A DNA stretch of 63,631 nucleotides, counting the filler, from Octopus bimaculoides (taxonomy: Eukaryota): NCBI RefSeq assembly GCF_001194135.2. It is 5 parts of 5 records of this genome, joined end to end, with 100 filler letters (N's around TTAATTAATTAA, not from the genome) between each part and the next. Parts side by side here need not be neighbours in the genome. Positions count along the whole stretch, not along the records: positions 37,768 to 54,396 come from NC_068986.1; positions 54,497 to 62,207 come from NW_026430518.1; positions 62,308 to 63,631 come from NW_026391168.1; 2 more parts are not named here. One strand, given 5' to 3'. A program made the translations under genes and the position numbers. Positions 51,261 through 63,631 of the stretch are shown piece after piece. Below the pieces are notes generated by a model. It was not told the origin of the DNA. It searched no databases and was given only the letters and a program-made list of their open reading frames with translations. Positions within the stretch are counted from its first letter, which is position 1. Each line of letters opens with the position of its first letter.

Positions 51261-51859
51261 AATAAAAAGGAATATAAATAAGCAAGTAATAATATTAGCA
51301 TAAATCACTATATCAATAGCTGTAATTATGGTAAACTGAAAGATCACCGAACCACCAGTAATAGCAGTATTAATTACTATAGGGATAAGAAAATGGAAAA
51401 TAGTAAAGAACACAAACACAACATTTACCATGCACACAGCAACACACCAGTAATGTATTATAACAACACTGAAAAAAACCAATTATCATAATTGGCTTAT
51501 AATCCTGTATGCAATGCAAATTAAAACAAACCTAGTCAAATCTATGTTCAGGATTATTATTAAACATTTTAATACAAAAAATAGATATTTTGAAATTATT
51601 AACAGTAAAACAATCGAGATAACTTAGCTAACATCATAGCCTCATTAAACGATTAAAAAACTAGATATATTTTACTTAAATGCAAAGGATATTAATATTA
51701 TTATTATTATTATTAATAATAATAATTACTCTAATTATCTCAAGCCTAATATAAATACTAACAACTCTGTAAACAATAACAGTATTCCTCATAATAACCA
51801 CTCCTCTAGTAATAGTAACCCACTAGTAAATAACTTTTCCCCACACAACAACCTGTACA

Positions 51860-52200
51860 ACATGTGTGACTGCAGAAATAAAAATAACTATACTCTTAAA
51901 AACACATGTAAAAGAAAAAGTGTAATCTACCAATGCACAGTCACAACGCAATACAATAAATATATAATTATATAGGGGTCACCCAAAATGAAATGAAGAG
52001 AAGATTATCCACACATTTACGCACTTTTAGAAACAGAAATAAGCATAACTCAACTGGATTGAGTAAATTCATTTGGAAATTTAAAGATAACAACATTAGC
52101 TTTGATTTGGAATGGGATATACTTACTTCAGTACCTTTGTATTAATGAGAAATTTTTGATCTTTACAGCTAGACTCCCCTTGATTAACCTGAAAGAGGAA
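51860..52200 (+). mobile_element. Penelope-like GIY-YIG endonuclease fragment
   Basis: MCDCRNKNNYTLKNTCKRKSVIYQCTVTT..YIIIGVT...RLSTHLRTFRN...NSTGLSKFIWKFKDNNISFDLEWDIL. Confidence 0.82.
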
Positions 52201-53065
52201 AGAAATAATACTTACTTACACATTGGTAAGTGCATGTTCTCTAGATATAATTAAATTGGCTAATTTTCCTATCCTCCTCTCCCATAATAGTACCCATAGT
52301 TCTTCATCTTTACCTAGATGATTTGTACTGAATGGATTGAATAATATACTAGTTAATGAATTAAATGGATTGGTTTATTGATTAATGGCTACTCCCTTTG
52401 TTAACCAATTAAGCCCCAGAGTACTTAAATTTCTGAATATTACTTTAAAATTTTTAGAGATGATTGAAAATGGGTTAAAATGAAAAAAAAAAAAAATTAT
52501 TAAAACTCCTTTACTTTAAGTAGAAATGGAAATACTTGGTGTACTTTAAATAGGACACTGAGACAATGTGATATAGCTTATTTAATATTTTCATTTAGTG
52601 TCCTATTTATAGGACAGTGGGACTTAATGGGTTAAACTCTCCATTCTAACACCTTGAAATAATACCCCACCCCATCCAATATATTTCTCTTACCATTCTC
52701 TCACATAACACTCATTACTTAACCCAATATGAACTGTTCACTCCAGTATGGGTACCTACTTATATTTCTTTCTATAGTAACTTACACATAACTGTATATT
52801 CATGTGGGTGCATGAATATATATCTGTATCTTTATGGCCACTTGTGGATGTACAGGTACATCCATTGTTATATGTGGACAGATCTGTGCAAAGGAGCGCA
52901 GCAAGTTAAGCATGCACATGCACTGTTATATGCACCACTCTCCTAGTTTTATAGCTGATCACATTGACCACCCCTCTTTTTGTTATATGATTAAATCCCT
53001 AACCTACTTTATTTTACTTGCGATATTTATTTTTGATATTTACTATAAAGGAAAGTACACATATG

Positions 53066-53099
<34 letters not shown>

Positions 53100-53734
53100 T
53101 GTATGTATGTAGATATATGTGTGTATGTATGGGTGTGTGTGTGTATGAGTGTATATATACCTATGTTTATATATAGATATATATTATAGCACAGGTTTAT
53201 TGGAATATGTAGTAACAGGAATATTAGAAATTATTTACAACCTGTCTATCTATACAAGTAGCATTAATTAATTCAATAGTGGCTATATACACTCTTAACC
53301 GCTTGTGTAATACATGCATAAACATTTAAATTACTTGATAATCAATATTTACCTCCCCTATACCGCTAATACTCTTAACTGTTCAATTCAACGTTTATGT
53401 TTCTAAAACTCACTGGCATAATAAGCAACTTTTAAGGCCCCTTATAGCATCTATACATTATTTACCTTCTTACTACAGTAAGTAACGGTTTCCTTATGGT
53501 CAGCCTTTTGTTTTTGAAAATTAACTGACCAACTGTATCCTCCTACTGTGCAGTCCACTCCTACTCCAGACCATGAGTCGTTTCAAGTATACTGCATACT
53601 TATAACGATTAGTATAATGCATATGAAATCAATTATAGTAAATTATAGTCAACTGTTATTATTCATTTCTTTACCAGTATTTCTAAGTAGTTTTCTTACT
53701 TTTTCACTTTATTTTTCGACTTCACTAAATTGCT

Positions 53735-53811
<77 letters not shown>

Positions 53812-53985
53812 ACGCCTTCCCCTCATATATAGGCATGTGCCACTTAATATTAAAACTACCCCTTATTCTATTTCTAATTTCCAGTCATTCAAAAGTTTCA
53901 CAGTGGGTCAGCATGTAGCACCAATTAATTATTACCATTCTCACTTTCTCCTTTTTCCTCTTTTTCTTTTTATATTCTATTTATT

Positions 53986-54113
53986 TTTCTGCTCTGATGA
54001 AGTTGCATGATTCAATTTGGTATAACTAATTACCTACAATGATAACTATCATTACTATTATTGTGGCAGCTAATACTGAGAATCATGACAACTGAAACAG
54101 CTGTAAGTCGAGA
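53986..54113 (+). ncRNA. Type I hammerhead ribozyme, intact core, extended stem II
   Basis: CTGATGA 53994-54000; stem II AGTTG/CAACT plus CATGATTC/GAATCATG; GAA 54094-96; stem III AC(AGCT)GT; predicted cleavage after GTA (54105); stem I TTTCTGCT/AGTCGAGA with 7 of 8 pairs (2 G-U). Confidence 0.7.
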
Positions 54114-54354
54114 TTCTGTATTTTCGTAACTAATTAATAAATGATAATTGATGTAAATCAATTGTTATCCATTAATTGTATCTCCATTTTCTGTTTTCCT
54201 TTGAATATTGATAAATTCTAGTTTATTTTTGTCATTACCTATCAGTTATGAGCATTAACATCAATGCTCATGATTAAATATAGGTAATACACCAGCGGAT
54301 TTATAGGATACAAGTTATCCCTTAGATGGTTGTTACAACCTCTAACTAACCTCA

Positions 54355-54396
<42 letters not shown>

Positions 54397-56697
54397 NNNN
54401 NNNNNNNNNNNNNNNNNNNNNNNNNNNNNNNNNNNNNNNNTTAATTAATTAANNNNNNNNNNNNNNNNNNNNNNNNNNNNNNNNNNNNNNNNNNNNGGTG
54501 GGGAGGTGATGGTGGTGATGGCAATGGTGGTGGTGGTGGATGTGATGATGGTGGTGGTGGTGGCAATAGTGGTGGTTGTGGTGGCAGTGATGATGGTAGT
54601 GGTGGTGATGGTCGTGGTGGTGGTGCAGATGGTGGTTGTGTGTTGGTGTTGGTTGGATTGTTGTCGTTGGTGTTAATCGTGGCTCTATGAACGGTGTTAA
54701 TGGTGTTCGAAGAGGTACACATTACTAGCACTACAGCCAACACAGCCGTCGCCACGACATAAGCAGCAACTCACATTGTGAGTGTAGTGAGTATATAATA
54801 TATTTGTGTGTGAAGTGTGTGTGTGTGTATGTATATATAATTATATATATGTACGTATGTATGTATATATCAGTGGCGTGCGGTGACTTCCGGGGTTGGG
54901 CATGCAATGAATTCCAAACCCTCCCCGGCAATTTTTCACTAAAACAATTTTCGTATTCCTAGTATTTACATACGGGAGATTCTGAATATGCAATCTCCCC
55001 NNNNNNNNNNNNNNNNNNNNNNNNNNNNNNNNNNNNNNNNNNNNNNNNNNNNNNNNNNNNNNNNNNNNNNNNNNNNNNNNNNNNNNNNNNNNNNNNNNNN
55101 NNNNNNNNNNNNNNNNNNNNNNNNNNNNNNNNNNNNNNNNNNNNNNNNNNNNNNNNNNNNNNNNNNNNNNNNNNNNNNNNNNNNNNNNNNNNNNNNNNNN
55201 NNNNNNNNNNNNNNNNNNNNNNNNNNNNNNNNNNNNNNNNNNNNNNNNNNNNNNNNNNNNNNNNNNNNNNNNNNNNNNNNNNNNNNNNNNNNNNNNNNNN
55301 NNNNNNNNNNNNNNNNNNNNNNNNNNNNNNNNNNNNNNNNNNNNNNNNNNNNNNNNNNNNNNNNNNNNNNNNNNNNNNNNNNNNNNNNNNNNNNNNNNNN
55401 NNNNNNNNNNNNNNNNNNNNNNNNNNNNNNNNNNNNNNNNNNNNNNNNNNNNNNNNNNNNNNNNNNNNNNNNNNNNNNNNNNNNNNNNNNNNNNNNNNNN
55501 NNNNNNNNNNNNNNNNNNNNNNNNNNNNNNNNNNNNNNNNNNNNNNNNNNNNNNNNNNNNNNNNNNNNNNNNNNNNNNNNNNNNNNNNNNNNNNNNNNNN
55601 NNNNNNNNNNNNNNNNNNNNNNNNNNNNNNNNNNNNNNNNNNNNNNNNNNNNNNNNNNNNNNNNNNNNNNNNNNNNNNNNNNNNNNNNNNNNNNNNNNNN
55701 NNNNNNNNNNNNNNNNNNNNNNNNNNNNNNNNNNNNNNNNNNNNNNNNNNNNNNNNNNNNNNNNNNNNNNNNNNNNNNNNNNNNNNNNNNNNNNNNNNNN
55801 NNNNNNNNNNNNNNNNNNNNNNNNNNNNNNNNNNNNNNNNNNNNNNNNNNNNNNNNNNNNNNNNNNNNNNNNNNNNNNNNNNNNNNNNNNNNNNNNNNNN
55901 NNNNNNNNNNNNNNNNNNNNNNNNNNNNNNNNNNNNNNNNNNNNNNNNNNNNNNNTCAGAACACTCCAAAAATATAATAGTGCAAACATGCTTTGGATAA
56001 AAAAAACAATTCAAACTTACCGCCAGGTTATTCCGACATTTCGACTGACTAACTCAGGAATTATGGGATTGCTCTGGTTCGGGGTCAGAAAGTGGAACGA
56101 GGTTTGCGACAATTCTACATTAACAAAGAGACAAAGAGAGAGAGAGAGAGAGGGTGTCATGTGGTTTTCTTAAAGCAGACGACCGATTCACTGAGAGAGT
56201 GGGAAGGGGAGGGTAGAGTATTTCGAAAACACCTGGACGGAGTTTCTTTGCAACAAAAGCAACTATTTTATCTAATTTTCCGATGATATCGATAAAAAAA
56301 TCACAGGGCATGCTACAAGCACTTACTTTTATACATTATATTATTGTATTAATTTTTATTGTTAAATTTATTCTTTATTTGATTTTTAGATTAATATTTT
56401 TATGATGAATGTTTCTTTGTATGGTATTCGCTGTGATTTTAAAAGTATTTACTCTTATATATTATATGATTCTAATAATCTTACTGTTCGATATTATATA
56501 TTATTAAAATTTTAGATTAGTATTTTGTATGGTATATGGTCTCACAGCATGTTTTTGGACGGGTTCTTCATTGACTGAGTTGTGGAATGATGGTTCGTCT
56601 CTAAATTAGGTATATACGTATATTATATATTACGAAATTCGGTCTAATATTATTATACTGAATTTTACCTGTAAGGCTGGAATAATAAGTTATTCCC

Positions 56698-56745
<48 letters not shown>

Positions 56746-57591
56746 NNNNNNNNNNNNNNNNNNNNNNNNNNNNNNNNNNNNNNNNNNNNNNNNNNNNNNN
56801 NNNNNNNNNNNNNNNNNNNNNNNNNNNNNNNNNNNNNNNNNNNNNNNNNNNNNNNNNNNNNNNNNNNNNNNNNNNNNNNNNNNNNNNNNNNNNNNNNNNN
56901 NNNNNNNNNNNNNNNNNNNNNNNNNNNNNNNNNNNNNNNNNNNNNNNNNNNNNNNNNNNNNNNNNNNNNNNNNNNNNNNNNNNNNNNNNNNNNNNNNNNN
57001 NNNNNNNNNNNNNNNNNNNNNNNNNNNNNNNNNNNNNNNNNNNNNNNNNNNNNNNNNNNNNNNNNNNNNNNNNNNNNNNNNNNNNNNNNNNNNNNNNNNN
57101 NNNNNNNNNNNNNNNNNNNNNNNNNNNNNNNNNNNNNNNNNNNNNNNNNNNNNNNNNNNNNNNNNNNNNNNNNNNNNNNNNNNNNNNNNNNNNNNNNNNN
57201 NNNNNNNNNNNNNNNNNNNNNNNNNNNNNNNNNNNNNNNNNNNNNNNNNNNNNNNNNNNNNNNNNNNNNNNNNNNNNNNNNNNNNNNNNNNNNNNNNNNN
57301 NNNNNNNNNNNNNNNNNNNNNNNNNNNNNNNNNNNNNNNNNNNNNNNNNNNNNNNNNNNNNNNNNNNNNNNNNNNNNNNNNNNNNNNNNNNNNNNNNNNN
57401 NNNNNNNNNNNNNNNNNNNNNNNNNNNNNNNNNNNNNNNNNNNNNNNNNNNNNNNNNNNNNNNNNNNNNNNNNNNNNNNNNNNNNNNNNNNNNNNNNNNN
57501 NNNNNNNNNNNNNNNNNNNNNNNNNNNNNNNNNNNNNNNNNNNNNNNNNNNNNNNNNNNNNNNNNNNNNNNNNNNNNNNNNNNNNNNNNNN

Positions 57592-58168
57592 TTCGTTACG
57601 CTATCGTGTGAATGCATCGGGAGTACTCCTTGCTTAAGTATTTCGATGTATTTTTCAGAGTTTATGGTTCCAACACATTCGATCAGCTCAGAACGACCAT
57701 TGCTGGTGACAGCTCCCCATACCATTACAGAGATACCACCATGTTTCACAGTTGGTTGGAGTCGTTTCAAATCAAATTCTTGATTGGGAAGTCTCCAGAC
57801 CCAAACACGTCCACTGTCTGAAAACAATGCAAATCTGGATTCATCTGAGAAAATTACTCTATCCCAAAATGAACTGGATTTTTCTGACATCTCCTTAGTC
57901 CATTTCTTTCTTTTCATGATATTAATTGGTTGAAGGAGAGGTTTTCTTGTAGCTGCTCGTCCATAATACCCAAGCTTATGCAGATATGTAACACACGTTC
58001 TTGGACTAACTTCTAGCTGTTTTGCTATGTCAGAAGCCTTCGAACGGGGTTCGTTTTCCACAATTCACTTCAAACAGCGAAGCTTCTTTTCGCTGGCTAA
58101 GACCAGCCTCAGATTGCCCAACAATACGAACGATCTGACAGTTCTACTGAATTTTTTGTGCGTGGCAT
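57592..58168 (-). mobile_element. Tc1-like transposase, truncated by a gap
   Basis: Frameshifted N-terminus MPRTK.../RIVGQSEAGLSQRK, then 156 stop-free codons ...RKPLL...[12 protein letters not shown]...[15 protein letters not shown]...KYIEILK. Confidence 0.92.
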
Positions 58169-58471
58169 GGTCACTCTTTGCAGATGGTTAATATAATGGC
58201 ACCTGGAATGAAAAAGAACAATTACAAAGTAAATTCTACATCACTGAAAACATATTAAGACGATTAGATCAGAAATTTTGAAAATTAAAGGTATCTATTT
58301 ACTTTTTGCATGTCTGTGTACATCTACTCCGACTCCTCTTGTAGAGTGGGAACATTGTTCTCGGAAACTTTTACGAAAATTAAAATGGGGATTAAATGAA
58401 AAAAGGAGTTATGTGAATGTCTTCACAAGAGTAATTGAAATAAATGGCGATTGTGGAACTTCCCACGCGCG

Positions 58472-58559
<88 letters not shown>

Positions 58560-58932
58560 CACACACACAGAGTATCAAACGTCAGACGAAACGGACGTGT
58601 GTGTTTGAGAGAGACAAAGAGAAGGGGTGTGTTGTCATGTATACGTACATACATAGATAGCTATGCATACATGTTTTTGTGTGTGTATAAGAGAGAGAGA
58701 GAGAGATATAGCGAGGGGAGATTGAATGCCGCTTAGACATCACTCACTTTCTCTCTGTCTCTCTCACACACACACAAGCACACATACATACAAAAAAGAT
58801 GTATGCATATATATTTATGTATGTACATATACATGATAACAGAACCTTGACTCACTCACTCTCTCACAAACACACATATAAAAATGCATACAAACGTACT
58901 TACAAAAACGCAAGTGTGCGTGTGTGACTGAC

Positions 58933-58965
<33 letters not shown>

Positions 58966-58966
58966 T

Positions 58967-59005
<39 letters not shown>

Positions 59006-59752
59006 TGAGTNNNNNNNNNNNNNNNNNNNNNNNNNNNNNNNNNNNNNNNNNNNNNNNNNNNNNNNNNNNNNNNNNNNNNNNNNNNNNNNNNNNNNNNNNN
59101 NNNNNNNNNNNNNNNNNNNNNNNNNNNNNNNNNNNNNNNNNNNNNNNNNNNNNNNNNNNNNNNNNNNNNNNNNNNNNNNNNNNNNNNNNNNNNNNNNNNN
59201 NNNNNNNNNNNNNNNNNNNNNNNNNNNNNNNNNNNNNNNNNNNNNNNNNNNNNNNNNNNNNNNNNNNNNNNNNNNNNNNNNNNNNNNNNNNNNNNNNNNN
59301 NNNNNNNNNNNNNNNNNNNNNNNNNNNNNNNNNNNNNNNNNNNNNNNNNNNNNNNNNNNNNNNNNNNNNNNNNNNNNNNNNNNNNNNNNNNNNNNNNNNN
59401 NNNNNNNNNNNNNNNNNNNNNNNNNNNNNNNNNNNNNNNNNNNNNNNNNNNNNNNNNNNNNNNNNNNNNNNNNNNNNNNNNNNNNNNNNNNNNNNNNNNN
59501 NNNNNNNNNNNNNNNNNNNNNNNNNNNNNNNNNNNNNNNNNNNNNNNNNNNNNNNNNNNNNNNNNNNNNNNNNNNNNNNNNNNNNNNNNNNNNNNNNNNN
59601 NNNNNNNNNNNNNNNNNNNNNNNNNNNNNNNNNNNNNNNNNNNNNNNNNNNNNNNNNNNNNNNNNNNNNNNNNNNNNNNNNNNNNNNNNNNNNNNNNNNN
59701 NNNNNNNNNNNNNNNNNNNNNNNNNNNNTGTTATTATTTGTATATTCTCCCA

Positions 59753-59783
<31 letters not shown>

Positions 59784-59832
59784 TTATGTATATATATGTA
59801 TATATATCCATATGTGTGTGTGTATGTGTGTG

Positions 59833-59877
<45 letters not shown>

Positions 59878-60569
59878 TTAGAAAAATATAAAGCCGGAGA
59901 AGAAGCACACTTAAAGAAGTAGAGCCGTCTATATTTTTTCCTGGTGAAGCCCGGTTTATGGAGTTTCCCTGAGTTTCCCGCCCATAAAGGGTTTATCTGT
60001 GTGGCGTATCGTCAGACCCTACGACCTGTTGACGTATAACCTCTTTAAAATACGGAGAGGAAATGTGTGGATTATCTCCGTTTGCTAATGGCTATCGACT
60101 TCCGGTCGTACTGCTATCGTTCATCTCTCAGGGTTTGCAATAGGTGATTATCTCCTTTTTCCGTTAGCTATCAACTTCCGGGGGTTTCCAAAAGGCCAGC
60201 AGAAATCACCTAAAATGCAAATATTTCCCCAAAATCTTCGTTCTGAAGTTAAGTATAGCCCCGGCTCGAATGAGTCCCTTAAGATTCTCATGCATTTCGA
60301 CTATGCAGAGCTTGATGTAGGGACCTGGGCTTTCGAGGGTTTTCCATGAGATCGAGTGTGGAACACGGTCGTCCTTTCGTTGCCAAATATGGCTGGCCGC
60401 CGATGTTACCTATTTCCTTTGCAGGACTCTGAAGGAGGATCCATGGTTGGGAAAACGTTTCTTAAATGAATATCGAGAAACTAGCAGAGAAGCTTGGATT
60501 TGGTCATTCAACCGTTCATAGAAACCTGCGTGCCATCGGAAATGTCAGCAAATTGGGTTTCAAGATGAA

Positions 60570-60890
60570 TGGTACTCTTCCATCAGGATAATGCTCAGCC
60601 ATATACAGCATGGGTGACATGCTGTATGAGAGCCTGGAGTAGTTTTGAATGAGAAAGGGTACCCCACCCACCATATTCACCAGACATTGCCCCATTTGTT
60701 TATCATTTATTCCGCAGTCTTCAAAATTATTTGGACGAAAACGTTATGAATTCTGTTGAGGAGGTCAGAACAGTACTACAGGAGTAATTTCCGTCACGAA
60801 CAAGTGAATTTTGGAAGAGGAATCTTGCAAGTCTACCAGAGAAATGGAAGAGCATTGTAGAAAATAAAGAATAATATATTTTAGATTATA
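60570..60890 (+). mobile_element. Mariner transposase remnant
   Basis: LFHQDNAQPYTA and VPHPPYSPDIAP motifs; frameshifts. Confidence 0.82.
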
Positions 60891-62173
60891 AAAGATCTTC
60901 ACTGGAAAGTTTACGACCATGCGATTGGATTTCCGAGTCAAAGGATCGACTCCCTGCCGTTTCTAGATGTCATGTTTTATTTACTATCACACACACACCA
61001 ACCACTGCCATCAACAAACGCACACACATTTACACACATGCACACACACACAAATACACACACCTACACACACATACAAATACACACACACAATAGATGT
61101 TAATTTTGAAAAATGAAAGAAGTATAAGANNNNNNNNNNNNNNNNNNNNNNNNNNNNNNNNNNNNNNNNNNNNNNNNNNNNNNNNNNNNNNNNNNNNNNN
61201 NNNNNNNNNNNNNNNNNNNNNNNNNNNNNNNNNNNNNNNNNNNNNNNNNNNNNNNNNNNNNNNNNNNNNNNNNNNNNNNNNNNNNNNNNNNNNNNNNNNN
61301 NNNNNNNNNNNNNNNNNNNNNNNNNNNNNNNNNNNNNNNNNNNNNNNNNNNNNNNNNNNNNNNNNNNNNNNNNNNNNNNNNNNNNNNNNNNNNNNNNNNN
61401 NNNNNNNNNNNNNNNNNNNNNNNNNNNNNNNNNNNNNNNNNNNNNNNNNNNNNNNNNNNNNNNNNNNNNNNNNNNNNNNNNNNNNNNNNNNNNNNNNNNN
61501 NNNNNNNNNNNNNNNNNNNNNNNNNNNNNNNNNNNNNNNNNNNNNNNNNNNNNNNNNNNNNNNNNNNNNNNNNNNNNNNNNNNNNNNNNNNNNNNNNNNN
61601 NNNNNNNNNNNNNNNNNNNNNNNNNNNNNNNNNNNNNNNNNNNNNNNNNNNNNNNNNNNNNNNNNNNNNNNNNNNNNNNNNNNNNNNNNNNNNNNNNNNN
61701 NNNNNNNNNNNNNNNNNNNNNNNNNNNNNNNNNNNNNNNNNNNNNNNNNNNNNNNNNNNNNNNNNNNNNNNNNNNNNNNNNNNNNNNNNNNNNNNNNNNN
61801 NNNNNNNNNNNNNNNNNNNNNNNNNNNNNNNNNNNNNNNNNNNNNNNNNNNNNNNNNNNNNNNNNNNNNNNNNNNNNNNNNNNNNNNNNNGGAAAGTTTA
61901 CGACCATGCGATTGGATTTCCGAGTCAAAGGATCGACTCCCTAGCATCGGAGACACCTTGGAAATACTCACGCATACACATACACACATTAGCAAGCGAA
62001 TACCCGCATACGTGCATACATATATACATACACACACACAAAAACACATACACACACATATAGACATATATACATATATGCGTGCTCGTGTGTTTATATG
62101 TGTGTGTGTATGGATATAAGTGTGTACGTATGTACATGTATCTATTGATAAATATATATGTGGATATATATGA

Positions 62174-62207
<34 letters not shown>

Positions 62208-62502
62208 NNNNNNNNNNNNNNNNNNNNNNNNNNNNNNNNNNNNNNNNNNNNTTAATTAATTAANNNNNNNNNNNNNNNNNNNNNNNNNNNNNNNNNNNNN
62301 NNNNNNNCTTTCTTTCTTTTGTTGTCCTTCCTATCAATATATATATATATGTATATAAAGAGAGAGACACACACAGATAGACAGACAGGCATACAAACTA
62401 CATTCATGAATCAGAGGATCAACGGGTAATGTTGTTAGTTAGCTGGATTCTCTGGCGTAAGAATCAACCCCCACGTCAACAGGATGTTGATGTGGTCGCA
62501 TA

Positions 62503-62535
<33 letters not shown>

Positions 62536-62596
62536 ACATATGTATGTATATATATGTATGTATGTATGTATATATATATATGTATGTATGTATGTA

Positions 62597-62630
<34 letters not shown>

Positions 62631-62631
62631 C

Positions 62632-62672
<41 letters not shown>

Positions 62673-63379
62673 CATACACATAGATATATGCATACATATA
62701 TATATACATATACGCATACATATACATAGATATATACATACATACATTGGTAGAAAATTAACTCCGTTATTTTTAATAGGCAAAAAGTTTCGGTGTATGT
62801 CGTGCGCGGATATTAATGTGCGTGTGTCATATCATACACGTTTCATATATAGAGAGAATAACAATTCTTTCCGAAAAGTAACAATGAATACCTTTTGGTG
62901 CATTTTATCACCATTCTACACTACTTTCATTTGCACATTCCAATATCATTTTTTGATCGAAAACTTTAGAAACAATTTTAACTCCGTTTTTCGTAAGAAA
63001 CGAGCTATCTTATTTTGATAAGATAGCTTATTGTTCATAGGTGTTTTTCATCAAACACTCGGCTTCTGAAACACATTTCTAATTTGCTGTTAATTAAAAA
63101 ATTACAATAAGTCAAGACAAGTTCTATTATATATTTTTGTTCTACAAAGAAACCACGTATTTATATATATCCATACATGCGTGCGTACATTCCTGCGTTT
63201 GTATTTGTTTGTATATTTATGTGTGATTGTGTTTGTATATGGATATATAACGTTATTAACCCTTACCAAAGTAACAATAATAATAATAATAATATAGGGA
63301 ACAATATTAATAACACGACAAATAATAGTAATAGTCATAACAACAAAATCATTATTTCAGAAGTCAATTCCAAAAGAAT

Positions 63380-63631
63380 GAGTTTTTTAAGTGAAAATGT
63401 GAGACTCAGAAACACTATCTACCAATGTCAAGTTAGTACTCCCCAAAATACTTACTTTTACGTAGGTTCTTCCTCTACACCTTTATCCACTAGAATTTCT
63501 AACCATTTTTCATCCTTTAGAGATAGAAGCAAACGTAATACCACGCGCCTTAGCTAACTAATTTGGGATCTTAAAGATAATATTAAATTTAAACTAGACT
63601 GGCTTATTCTTTCTATTTCTAAGCCATATGA
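63380..63631 (+). mobile_element. Penelope-like GIY-YIG fragment running off the window end
   Basis: RNTIYQCQVSTPQNTYFYVGSSSTPLSTRISNHFSSFRDRSKRNTTRLS*LIWDLKDN. Confidence 0.85.

Noticed and set aside
54871-56320. CAGTGGCGTG start suggesting a hAT TIR
   Set aside because: No matching inverted end found; most of the interval is gap.
60904-61942. Identical 52-bp sequence on both sides of a gap (60904-60955 and 61891-61942)
   Set aside because: Most simply an unmerged contig overlap or repeat-edge artefact.
14377-62263. Recurrent TTAATTAATTAA palindrome as a biological motif
   Set aside because: It is always centred in N runs; assembly linker.
5221-63018. Dozens of listed ORFs rich in CV, HT, YI, poly-I/N/D/G or X
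   Set aside because: Translations of microsatellites and N gaps, not genes.
1-63631. CRISPR arrays, operons or rRNA
   Set aside because: Eukaryotic intron-rich DNA; no repeat-spacer arrays or rRNA-like sequence seen.

Overview
AT-rich, microsatellite-dense animal genomic DNA with many N gaps. The repeat families look like those of an octopus or other coleoid cephalopod; this is an inference from recall, not a search result. Most ORFs in the supplied track are microsatellite or gap artefacts. The one well-supported host gene is a spliced, minus-strand multi-EF-hand gene (EFCAB6-like) that the ORF track largely misses. I reconstructed it by hand as 8 phase-compatible GT-AG exons from 35495 to 16109 (1024 nt, 341 uninterrupted codons), with both ends unresolved. 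The rest is decayed transposons: Dong/R4-like and RTE LINEs, Penelope-like (GIY-YIG) elements, Gypsy fragments, Tc1/mariner, hAT, two MITE-like foldbacks and at least four SINE-like families. The best hidden signal is a set of hammerhead-ribozyme folds in Penelope-type terminal repeats. One copy at 53986-54113 has every catalytic core base intact, a palindromic stem III and an unusually long stem II. It is paired with a disabled inverted copy about 3 kb away. Further copies lie at 35771 and in both arms of a 385-bp near-perfect palindrome at 41290. A CpG-depleted domain (about 16-54 kb) covers the gene and suggests it extends to about 54-56 kb.
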